Made by a program: the position numbers and the translations under genes. Under the pieces are notes generated by a model. The model was not told where the DNA came from, made no database searches, and worked only from the letters and a program-made list of their open reading frames with translations. From an uncultured Bacteroidales bacterium (GTDB taxonomy: Bacteria; Bacteroidota; Bacteroidia; Bacteroidales; Bacteroidaceae): a stretch of 36,600 nt of DNA. The DNA lies in NCBI GenBank assembly GCA_902797255.1, contig CADBSN010000056.1, forward strand, positions 1 through 36,600, written 5' to 3'. Positions 18,379-26,964 of this stretch are shown here, piece after piece. Each line of letters starts with the position of its first letter. The first letter of the stretch is position 1.

Positions 18379-19392
18379 ATGTTACAAAAGTGCTTGCATG
18401 TTGCTTCTCCTTTTCTGTTTGAGGCAGGAGGAGAATTGCCGGAAATAGATATTACCTATCATGTGTCAGGCGATTACACGCCCGATAAGAAAGTGGTGTG
18501 GATTTGTCATGCCCTTACTGCTAATTCTGATGCAGAAGAATGGTGGCCCGACTTGGTGGGTGCAGCTAATGTAATCGATACTGATAAGTATTTTGTCTGT
18601 TGTGTCAATATGTTGGGATCGTGCTACGGGTCGAGCGGTCCTTCGTCTGTTAATCCTCGTACAGGAAAACCCTACATGTTGTCCTTCCCTCCTGTAACTG
18701 TTCGTGATATCATTAACGCTACAATACTGGTGCGTAAGCATCTGGGCATTTCTTCGATTGATCTGTTGATTGGGGCAAGTATTGGTGGATTCCAAGCCTT
18801 GGAATGGAGCATTATGGAACCCAAAGTGATTCGTAGTGCAATCTATATTGCTACGTGTGCCCGAATGAACGCATGGTGTGGAGCTACTTTGGCAGCTCAG
18901 CGTATGGCTCTCGAAGCCGACCCAACGTTCTTTGCTGAGCGTTCATTAAAGGGAGGTAAAGCTGGATTGAAATGTGCGAGAGCACAAGGACTCATTAGTT
19001 ATCGTACCTATGATAGCTTTGTGCTTACTCAGTCTGAGCGCGATGTCGATAGCATCTTCCCTGAGCGGGTCGATTCGTATGAGCATTATCAAGGAGAAAA
19101 ATTGGTAAAGCGGTTTGATGCTTATTCCTATTACAGCGTTGCACGTTCGGCAGAGAGTCATAACGTGGGACGGTTTCGTGGGGGAGTGGAGAAAGCGCTT
19201 GGTCTTATCCGGGCCCACTCAATGGTAATCAGTATCAGCACCGACTTACTTTTTCCACCTAAGGAGATGGAAGTCTGGGCACGTTTCATTCCTGATGTGG
19301 AATATCATGAGATTTCATCAAATTATGGACATGATGGCTTTCTTTTGGAATGGCAGCAATTGAAGGACCTCATGACTCCCTTCCTGCCTTAA
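18379..19392 (+). CDS. metX: Homoserine O-acetyltransferase (alpha/beta hydrolase, MetX type)
   Basis: Motifs: VVWICHALTANSDAEEWWPDLVG, LIGASIGGFQALEWS, GHDGFLLE. I trimmed the start from the ORF-track 18097 to the in-frame ATG that follows the promoter motif. Confidence 0.85.
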   Translation: MLQKCLHVASPFLFEAGGELPEIDITYHVSGDYTPDKKVVWICHALTANSDAEEWWPDLVGAANVIDTDKYFVCCVNMLGSCYGSSGPSSVNPRTGKPYMLSFPPVTVRDIINATILVRKHLGISSIDLLIGASIGGFQALEWSIMEPKVIRSAIYIATCARMNAWCGATLAAQRMALEADPTFFAERSLKGGKAGLKCARAQGLISYRTYDSFVLTQSERDVDSIFPERVDSYEHYQGEKLVKRFDAYSYYSVARSAESHNVGRFRGGVEKALGLIRAHSMVISISTDLLFPPKEMEVWARFIPDVEYHEISSNYGHDGFLLEWQQLKDLMTPFLP

Positions 19393-19434
19393 TTCTCCCT
19401 TAGTTCTTACTTTTTCCCATTAAGGATAGGCGCC

Positions 19435-21300
19435 TCATTCCAACATTTTCTGTAGCACCTCGTCGTTTCCGTTATCTGCATAGTAAGCGACGAATTCCTT
19501 TGGCGACATACCGAAGTATGCACGGAATACATTACTGAAATAGGGGTGCGATGAGAATCCCATGCGGTAAGCTACGTCCGATATGCTGACTTTATTGTTT
19601 ACCAGCAGGTAGGCCGACTGTTTCAAACGGTATGAACGTATGAAGTTGACTGGCGACATTCCATAACGTTCCTTCATCTTGCGATTCAAATGTACGCGAC
19701 TTACGCCAACTTCGCTGGCCAGTTCGTTCACACCGAAAGTTGAGTCGTCTATATGTGCCTTGATGGCTTGAATTACTTTCCCGAACAGTTTGTCATCTGG
19801 ACTGTCGATCGTTGTTTCGTTGTAGTCGAATCCTACTTCTGTACGTCTCAGACGGCTCATCATGCGTTCTCTGACGCGCATGCTGTGTGCAACTGCTCCT
19901 TGCAGCATGAGTGGGTTGAATGGTTTGTTGATAAAGTGGTCTACATCGAGGTTCAGACTATAAATCATCGTCTTATCGCTACTTTCGCTGGTAAGGATAA
20001 TGATTGGCAGGTTGTCCGTATCTGGGTTGCTCCTGATACGTTTACACAGCTCTATTCCGTCGCATACAGGCATGCGGATATCTGTGACGACAGCATCTGG
20101 ACGTTGTGTCAGAATCTGCTGCCATGCATTGTTTCCGTCGTAGGCCATCATGATGTTGTAGCGCTCTTTGAGGATATCCCTTATGTAGTTACACAGGGTC
20201 GTATCGTCGTCTACGATGAGAACCGTCCGAATCTTCTTCTCGCCTGTTTCTTCCTCCTCTGTCTCTTCCATGTCGATATCGGGTACATCCATCAGTTCCT
20301 CCATCGTAGGCTCTACATGCTCTTCTGGCTCTCTCGTTTCCAATTCGTCTGTACTGAGGTGGGTACGTCCCAATGGAAATTGCATCGTAAATTCCACTCC
20401 GTCCGGATCTACGTTATTTACCGTGATGGTGCCATGATGCAGATTCACCAGTTCAGTAGCTAGGTTCAGTCCGATTCCCGAACCTCCGACATTGAGCGAC
20501 TCCTGATTGCGTGCTTGATAGAATCGCTCGAAGATATGAGGTAAGTCGTGTGGGTCGATCGACGATCCGCTGTTGTACACACGGATTTCAAACCAGTCTT
20601 TAGCGTCCTTGATGATGTTTCGTGTCCTCACAATCACTCTTCCACCCTCAGGCGTGAACTTGAAGGCATTCGATAGCAGGTTAGTCAGAATCTTCTCGAA
20701 GTGTATTCTGTCGAGCCAAATGTTGACATTGTTGTTTGCATGTTCAATCACAAAAGAGATCCGTTTCGATATAGCATATCCGGTGAATGTCTTGAAAATC
20801 TCGTCGGCATACGATGCAAAGTTTGTCTCCGAGAAGTGCAACTCAAACTGCCCGCTATCAATCTTACGGATATCTGTCACCTGTTTCACGATGCCAAGCA
20901 AACGGTCGCAATTCATGTTCATCAATTTATACAGACTCTGACGCTGTTCCTTGTGTTCGCCCTTTCGTCCTTCGCTCTTTGTCTCTTCCTCTTCACTCAT
21001 GAGTTGCCGCAAGGGTGATACAATCATCGTCAGCGGTGATTTCATCTCGTGTGCGATGCTCGCAAACATCCTCAGTTTCGCCTCTTTGATTTGCTCGTTG
21101 TGACTCACCTGAGCCAGCAGATGTTTCTGCCGTTCACGTTCTTTATAGGTGTTGTAAAGATAGTATGCGATCAGTACTGCAATAGCTAGATAAATCAACC
21201 AGGCCCACCATGTGGCGTACCAAGGATAACCCACATGGATGTCCAACGATTTCTCCACTACAGCGTTTTCGTTATTCTCGTAATATGCCCTTACCGTCAT
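19435..21300 (-). CDS. C-terminal fragment of a hybrid two-component system regulator: TM helix, HisKA, HATPase_c, REC and AraC-type HTH
   Basis: TM WYATWWAWLIYLAIAVLIAYYLY. H-box IAHEMKSPL. N box SNAFKFT. G2 GGSGIGLNLA. REC VLIVDDD...VVTDIRMP. AraC MGFSSHPYFSNVFRAYFGMSPKEF. Same frame as 21307..23532. Confidence 0.85.
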   Translation of the reverse strand: MTVRAYYENNENAVVEKSLDIHVGYPWYATWWAWLIYLAIAVLIAYYLYNTYKERERQKHLLAQVSHNEQIKEAKLRMFASIAHEMKSPLTMIVSPLRQLMSEEEETKSEGRKGEHKEQRQSLYKLMNMNCDRLLGIVKQVTDIRKIDSGQFELHFSETNFASYADEIFKTFTGYAISKRISFVIEHANNNVNIWLDRIHFEKILTNLLSNAFKFTPEGGRVIVRTRNIIKDAKDWFEIRVYNSGSSIDPHDLPHIFERFYQARNQESLNVGGSGIGLNLATELVNLHHGTITVNNVDPDGVEFTMQFPLGRTHLSTDELETREPEEHVEPTMEELMDVPDIDMEETEEEETGEKKIRTVLIVDDDTTLCNYIRDILKERYNIMMAYDGNNAWQQILTQRPDAVVTDIRMPVCDGIELCKRIRSNPDTDNLPIIILTSESSDKTMIYSLNLDVDHFINKPFNPLMLQGAVAHSMRVRERMMSRLRRTEVGFDYNETTIDSPDDKLFGKVIQAIKAHIDDSTFGVNELASEVGVSRVHLNRKMKERYGMSPVNFIRSYRLKQSAYLLVNNKVSISDVAYRMGFSSHPYFSNVFRAYFGMSPKEFVAYYADNGNDEVLQKMLE

Positions 21301-21306
21301 GGTGTA

Positions 21307-23532
21307 CTAACCTGATGGGAGGCTTGAATAGTAGGCCTCGTGGTTCGATCCCGCCATGTGCCAGTTTTTGTCATAACCTTCCAGCTTGTAGTTGTAGAAG
21401 ATACGGTTGGGTGATGAGTAGTTAGGTACGCTGAACGCTATTTCCAATGTGTTCTGGTCGTAAGGTACATCCAGTTTGGTTGCATACTGCAACGATTGGT
21501 CCAGTACATTGTCGTTGCTTCCGTCCTCGTAGTCGCGCTCGTAGCCGTTCACTTTCAGACGGGTGAATATCAGTGAGTTGTTCAGCTGCCGTTGTTGTTT
21601 CAGGTTCATGGCATTGAATCCGATGACTCCGTTGTCGGCTCCGTAGTAAATCATGTGTGATGCCGTCTGATACGATGCTGCTTTATGGAAGTCACCGATG
21701 TAATAGCCGCCAAACGATGTGTAGGTGTGCGGCATATTTGTCTTCTTATCAATACGTACAATGCCGCTCGTGGTAGCCAACCATATATCTGAGTCGGTTG
21801 TTTCCATTGACATCACGTTGCGGCCAGGTAATATCATTCTGGCCTGACTCTTTCGCATGTCGTACTTGAACAGACCTTCGTTCGTCCCGATTAGCAAGTC
21901 ATGTCCGTCTGTGCCGAAACACTGTGCAGCCATATTACCGATTTCCTCAAAGCTGAATACTTTCAACTGAAGGGTCGATGGGTTGAACAAGAACGTCTCG
22001 CTCACCGTTCCGCACCACACGATACCCATTGGATCGCAATACAGCGAGCTGACCCATACGTTGAAGTCACCGTATTTTGAGAGTGGCGTGATTTCATGAG
22101 CCGTCAAATCTAACATCTGCACGCCTCCACCGTTTGTTGCTGCATACAACCTGTGGCGTTGTGAGTCGTAGGCAATCGACATCACCATCAGTTTCGATAG
22201 GGGCTCCAACCAGCTGGGAGTTACAAACCGTCCGTCTTGCAGACACTGCACTCCACCTCCGAACGAGCACACCCATACCACTCCGTCTCTGTCTACATCG
22301 ATGTCCTGCACCAGCAGTGAAGCCAGACCGTTGTTCATCAATACCGCATTGCTTAAGTCAGCATTCGGACTTTTCAGCACACCACAGCCGTCTGCACATA
22401 TCCAGAAGTTTCCCTCGTGGTCAGCCGTAATGGCCGATATACAAGCTGCGTTTGCCTGAGCTGATGTTGGTGATATGGGTAGGTAAGCGAAGTTGTCGCG
22501 ACTGTTCGACACCACCAGCACACCTTTTTGATACATGCTGACAATCAGGTTGCCCTCGTCGTCTTCATCAATCGTCCTCACCTTCGCATACGTCATATCG
22601 ATATTGTGGTCGGCAATCGGGTAGGGTACCACATTCTCTTCCTCATCCATCTCCCACAGTCCGTGACTATCTGTTCCCAGTAACACCCGTCCGCTCTTCG
22701 TCTCTTTCACACACAACACCATCATTCCTAGCCCTTCGCCATTTCCATTTTGCCATTTCCCTTTTGCTCTTAGCCCTCTTATAATCTTCTCCTTACGGTC
22801 GTAAATTAATAAACCACCACCTGTAGCTATCACGATATCTTTCGATTTCCTCAGTTCGTGAAAGTCTGTCACGTTATGATTGTCAAGCATCGCTTGGGCT
22901 TCTGCAGTCATGTTGGGAGTCAGCTCCTTCATCTGCTTCAAATCCACACAAAACAAACTCTGGTTAATGCCGCTACCCCAGAGGCAACCGTCTTCGGTGA
23001 TGAGGATATCCCTGAAAAATCTGGTTTTGATGAGTCCCGATAGTTTTTCTGTTAGTTCTTTGTCCACTTTCTTGGCTGCCATGTCAAACACATACAGTCC
23101 GTAGCCAGAAGTTGTGATGAGTGCGTAGTTCTCCTTCGGATAGCGTATCATGCGGTGAAGGGGGATGTCGCGTTCTGCCTCCTCGTCCGAGATGACAATA
23201 TGCTCCACACCATTTGTGCGCAGGTTGATCAGTCGCAGTCCCCTGCTGGTGGCTAACCAGTACTCATCGTTCTGATACTCCATCATATCAATGAACACTG
23301 CGTTTTCCAACTCTTTATTGCCCTTCAGCACATCCCTGAACGTCGTACCGTCGAAAAGCTGCAACATACTTACACCCATCACCCACGTCATACCGTTCGA
23401 GTCGAACCGCGACGTGTATAATGCACTCGACTTTAGACCGTTCTGCGTCGTATATAATCGTGCATACTGAGCCTTGCCCGACAGCGCAGTCAGCAGCAAT
23501 CCGATAATAAGTACTATTCGTATTGTTCTCAT
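21307..23532 (-). CDS. N-terminal fragment of the same regulator: signal peptide, periplasmic beta-propeller-type sensor and Y_Y_Y domain, ending at an in-frame TAG
   Basis: Signal peptide MRTIRIVLIIGLLLTALSGKAQ. The end reads YNYKLEGYDKNWH...YYSSLPSG*, and the frame continues YTMTVRAYY into the next ORF. Confidence 0.85.
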   Translation of the reverse strand: MRTIRIVLIIGLLLTALSGKAQYARLYTTQNGLKSSALYTSRFDSNGMTWVMGVSMLQLFDGTTFRDVLKGNKELENAVFIDMMEYQNDEYWLATSRGLRLINLRTNGVEHIVISDEEAERDIPLHRMIRYPKENYALITTSGYGLYVFDMAAKKVDKELTEKLSGLIKTRFFRDILITEDGCLWGSGINQSLFCVDLKQMKELTPNMTAEAQAMLDNHNVTDFHELRKSKDIVIATGGGLLIYDRKEKIIRGLRAKGKWQNGNGEGLGMMVLCVKETKSGRVLLGTDSHGLWEMDEEENVVPYPIADHNIDMTYAKVRTIDEDDEGNLIVSMYQKGVLVVSNSRDNFAYLPISPTSAQANAACISAITADHEGNFWICADGCGVLKSPNADLSNAVLMNNGLASLLVQDIDVDRDGVVWVCSFGGGVQCLQDGRFVTPSWLEPLSKLMVMSIAYDSQRHRLYAATNGGGVQMLDLTAHEITPLSKYGDFNVWVSSLYCDPMGIVWCGTVSETFLFNPSTLQLKVFSFEEIGNMAAQCFGTDGHDLLIGTNEGLFKYDMRKSQARMILPGRNVMSMETTDSDIWLATTSGIVRIDKKTNMPHTYTSFGGYYIGDFHKAASYQTASHMIYYGADNGVIGFNAMNLKQQRQLNNSLIFTRLKVNGYERDYEDGSNDNVLDQSLQYATKLDVPYDQNTLEIAFSVPNYSSPNRIFYNYKLEGYDKNWHMAGSNHEAYYSSLPSG

Positions 23533-23571
23533 AAGCTAAGGATTTGATGGCGCTTGATTTTTATTTGAGTG

Positions 23572-23579
23572 CAAAGATA
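23572..23579 (-). promoter_or_regulatory. -7 motif TAtcTTTG for the hybrid regulator
   Basis: caaagata on the + strand, about 40 nt upstream of the 23532 start. Confidence 0.45.
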
Positions 23580-23663
23580 CAAATTTATTTATGATTTTAC
23601 AATTTACGATTTACTATTTATTGTTTTTTTGCTTTTTCTTTCTTTTCTTTTCACTTTTTTTCG

Positions 23664-23671
23664 TAACTTTG
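23664..23671 (+). promoter_or_regulatory. -7 motif TAacTTTG for the 23736 gene
   Basis: Ends 65 nt upstream of ATG 23736. Confidence 0.45.
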
Positions 23672-23735
23672 CAACGACTAATCATTCTTTGAATCCACCC
23701 GATTGAGGGTAATAACTATTTAAATTAACTTTAAC

Positions 23736-26423
23736 ATGAGATTAAATCTACTGAAATCGATTTTAATGGTTGTCGCAACCATGATGAATGCATTCCTTGC
23801 GTTTGCAGGAAACCGCTACACGTACAAGTTTAATATCTACCGTCCCATTGATGCGCAGACGGCATCTGTCTGTGAGGTGAAGCCCACAGTCGCGAAAAAC
23901 GCATTGGGCCTAACAGCGGCACAGTTGCCTAATGCTATGCTCAAGGCTACATGGATTAACTCAGCTGGTAAGGAGTCGTTCTACGATCAGTCCACTACAG
24001 GCGTCAGTTCCGAGAAAGGTCATTGGTTCACCAAAACGGGACTCGCAACTAGCAAAGAGAAGAATTACTGCATCAAGGTGGTGTGGAGTGCGCCTTCCTT
24101 TTATGTCACTCACAACACCGCAGCGAATGCTGAGGAGGGTACTACCTACATAGTGAAAGAAGCTTTGGTGGCTAATAACGATACCTTGGTTTATGTCTTC
24201 AACGTCACCTTGGGAGCAGCTGGCTCTGAGAATTCGGTCACGACCGACCAGCCCAATCTGATAGGCCGTAAGAGCACAACCGACGGATGGGTGGTGCGTC
24301 CTATGGTCCAGCAGAACGAACAGGATCCTAAATACGAGAACTTCATCTCTGTCAATGTTGGTGACCGCATCACACTCGGTTGTCGCGTCATCGATACCGC
24401 AACCTATCCTTCAGTCAAGTATCAGTGGTCGAAGTGCTACTGGGATGCCCGTCAGAAGAAGGATGTTACGAAGAGCATGCGAGGCTACAACTCCGCAGAC
24501 TTCGTGCTGTCCGAGAGTGCCGAATATGCGGATGGTGGTATGTACCGCGTGGCTGTCCGACTGACTGATGCAAACGACCGTGTGACGGTGAAGAGCTATA
24601 ACTTTTATGTTGATGTACAGGAGCATGCTGGTGAATTCAAGCAATGGCCTACCTACAATCTTACTTACGACTTCCACACCGAATATCCGAAGCTTGACAC
24701 TCCACAGAAGGTGCATAATGTCAAAAAGAAGAACGGACAGCCTGCAAATCAATATGCTGGCGAGTGGTGGTCGGTGTTCTGGGGCGATGACCTCAACACA
24801 GAGGTTGGAACCGAAGAGGAAACCGTCATGAAAGCTGCTAAGAATCTTGTCGAGATGTACGACCGTGATTTCGCTTACATCCGCGACTATATGGGATGGC
24901 CACCCGACCTCAGCGCACGTGAGGGTTATAAGTCGTTCGTTTATATCTTCGGGTCAGGATTGGCAAATGACAACACCTCGAAGGATGAGAAAGGCGGTTA
25001 TCAAAGCAGTACCCGTGTCGATGGGAAGAACTATGCTTGTGTGTGGGCGTCCTACTATCCGTTCAGCCGCTTCCGTGATGATGCCGACCAGCTATGGAGC
25101 GATGGTACATATCAGCGTGAAGCGATGATTCACGAAGGTATTCACGCTACCTTTGCTGACCTTGGAGCCTGTCAAGGGTCATCCTGGTTCCACGAAGGAG
25201 GCAACACTTGGTTGCAGGGACAGGTCTATGCACGTCGTGACGGTCGATATGGCGATGCGGGATTCCTCGACGGAGGACCATTCCTCGCACCTCACATGCC
25301 TATTGAGTGCTATTCGGGTTGGCTGCAAGATGGTTCTTATGGAGGACCTGCAGCACAGGGTGTGAATAAGTACGAAGGCAGTCAGCAGGTATGTACGTGG
25401 CGCAACTACCTCGGAGGAGTTCAATATGCGAATGCCTTTCCAACTGTTGTGGCCAACGTGTGTGGCGATGGGAGCATCCCATGGATTTGGCGCTATTGCA
25501 AGAACCGTGTGCTCGAAACGATGGGCGACACCCTTGGCGATGAGGCCATGCGTGATGTCATCACACAGTATCGTGCACGTCAGGCACTCTTCGACCTCGG
25601 TGGATGGGACAACAGCTATCGGTCTGTCACCAATTCCTATTTTGGTACTACCGTCCAGGCAGAATGGGAACCCTATTGGATTAATGTAGCACCCTACAAA
25701 CTGACACCTTATCAGGTGGTTGAAATCAATGACTCAGTTGGATGGATGGCTCCCGACACCCTTACCAATCCAGGATGGAGTGGAGCGAACATCATTCCAA
25801 TACACGTGATGGGCAATCGGGCCAATGTTGAGTTCCGTCCCGAAGATACTAATATGAGGGCACTTCTCTGCTACCGAACGGCAGACGGAGCGTGCTACTA
25901 CAGTCAGACCGTCCTCTGCGGCAATATGAGTATCGATCTCACCAAGCAGCCTGCTAACGGGGTTATCTTCTGCGTGGTGGTCAACACCGACTATGTATAT
26001 ACAGGTGATGCACAGCGCAAGCACCATTGGGATTACCGTTTGCGGTTGGGACAAGGCGCAATAGCTGTGGCTGACCCCTACATTAAGTGGTACTACTACG
26101 AGCGTAAGTTGACCGACCCCGCTTATGAACAACTCATCTCAGGCATTGATGTTCCGACTGTTGACAATCGTTCCGATGTGGACAATATCCGCATCCTGTC
26201 GACCCGATTCTCAGAAGGTAGCACCGTCAAAGTAGACCTCAACGGAGTGAATCCGTCGGATGTCCGGCTTCGTATCGTCGGAGCATCGGGAGTTGTCTGT
26301 GCAGAAAGCCGGCTCAATTCTGATGGCTCGTTCCTAATGCCTGCCAACATCTCCAACGGACTCTACATTATCCGATTCGACTACAACCACCAACATAAAG
26401 TCTTTAAGGTGGTCGTACGATAA
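23736..26423 (+). CDS. Secreted T9SS cargo protein of unknown function, with an Ig-like segment and an HExxH...WxxEG (MA-clan zincin-like) motif
   Basis: Signal peptide present. Ig-like segment: GDRITLGCRV...YQWSK...DGGMYRVAV. Zincin-like motif: MIHEGIHATFADLGACQGSSWFHEGGNTW (25131-25199). C-terminal sorting tail: ...GLYIIRFDYNHQHKVFKVVVR. Confidence 0.75.
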   Translation: MRLNLLKSILMVVATMMNAFLAFAGNRYTYKFNIYRPIDAQTASVCEVKPTVAKNALGLTAAQLPNAMLKATWINSAGKESFYDQSTTGVSSEKGHWFTKTGLATSKEKNYCIKVVWSAPSFYVTHNTAANAEEGTTYIVKEALVANNDTLVYVFNVTLGAAGSENSVTTDQPNLIGRKSTTDGWVVRPMVQQNEQDPKYENFISVNVGDRITLGCRVIDTATYPSVKYQWSKCYWDARQKKDVTKSMRGYNSADFVLSESAEYADGGMYRVAVRLTDANDRVTVKSYNFYVDVQEHAGEFKQWPTYNLTYDFHTEYPKLDTPQKVHNVKKKNGQPANQYAGEWWSVFWGDDLNTEVGTEEETVMKAAKNLVEMYDRDFAYIRDYMGWPPDLSAREGYKSFVYIFGSGLANDNTSKDEKGGYQSSTRVDGKNYACVWASYYPFSRFRDDADQLWSDGTYQREAMIHEGIHATFADLGACQGSSWFHEGGNTWLQGQVYARRDGRYGDAGFLDGGPFLAPHMPIECYSGWLQDGSYGGPAAQGVNKYEGSQQVCTWRNYLGGVQYANAFPTVVANVCGDGSIPWIWRYCKNRVLETMGDTLGDEAMRDVITQYRARQALFDLGGWDNSYRSVTNSYFGTTVQAEWEPYWINVAPYKLTPYQVVEINDSVGWMAPDTLTNPGWSGANIIPIHVMGNRANVEFRPEDTNMRALLCYRTADGACYYSQTVLCGNMSIDLTKQPANGVIFCVVVNTDYVYTGDAQRKHHWDYRLRLGQGAIAVADPYIKWYYYERKLTDPAYEQLISGIDVPTVDNRSDVDNIRILSTRFSEGSTVKVDLNGVNPSDVRLRIVGASGVVCAESRLNSDGSFLMPANISNGLYIIRFDYNHQHKVFKVVVR

Positions 26424-26433
26424 ACGATCAGAA

Positions 26434-26458
26434 CGGGGGCTGTGGCTCCCGCTTTTTT
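26434..26458 (+). terminator. Intrinsic terminator after the T9SS cargo gene
   Basis: cgggggc-tgtg-gctcccg forms a 7-bp stem with one G-U pair, followed by cTTTTTT. Confidence 0.7.
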
Positions 26459-26893
26459 GCTCCCTGCGTATCCCAGTGTCGGTTTGCTCCCCTTTTTTCT
26501 ATTAATCATAGACCTTCGACTATACACTTTATTTAATGATGTATCAAAATCATAAATTTTTAATAAGTATATTGTAAGGGTAAGTAGCTGAAAATACCGA
26601 AATTTGCAACCGGAAACAAACGAATACGAATAGGTTGCAAAGATTGATGATCATGTCTTTCTTGGGTAACCGGAATAAATAAAACAAACGGAGGCATGCG
26701 GGTCTCTGTCATAGCAACTGAGATACCTTCCAGAAAAAAATGATGAATTCAAAATAAGGCTCAACAGTCTATTTCGACTAACTGACCGTGAAAATGCAAC
26801 TTGGATGGTTTTGACAAAGAAAGGGAAATTTGTTTGTATTACATAATTAGGTTAATAAATGTAAAATGGTATTATAGTTGTTTATGATAGGAG

Positions 26894-26923
26894 AAGCACA
26901 TCGAGATGATGTGCTTTCCTTTT
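26894..26923 (+). terminator. Terminator-like hairpin 42 nt upstream of the GH30 start
   Basis: Perfect 9-bp stem aagcacatc/gatgtgctt with a 5-nt loop, followed by tccTTTT. Confidence 0.45.
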
Positions 26924-26964
26924 AAAAAAAGAAGAACTAATAACTAAAAATAGAATCAATAGAC

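Noticed and set aside
19753-20463. 236-aa + strand ORF, plus smaller ones at 20216-21018, inside the hybrid regulator
   Set aside because: They are antisense to unmistakable HisKA/HATPase/REC coding sequence and have no motifs of their own.
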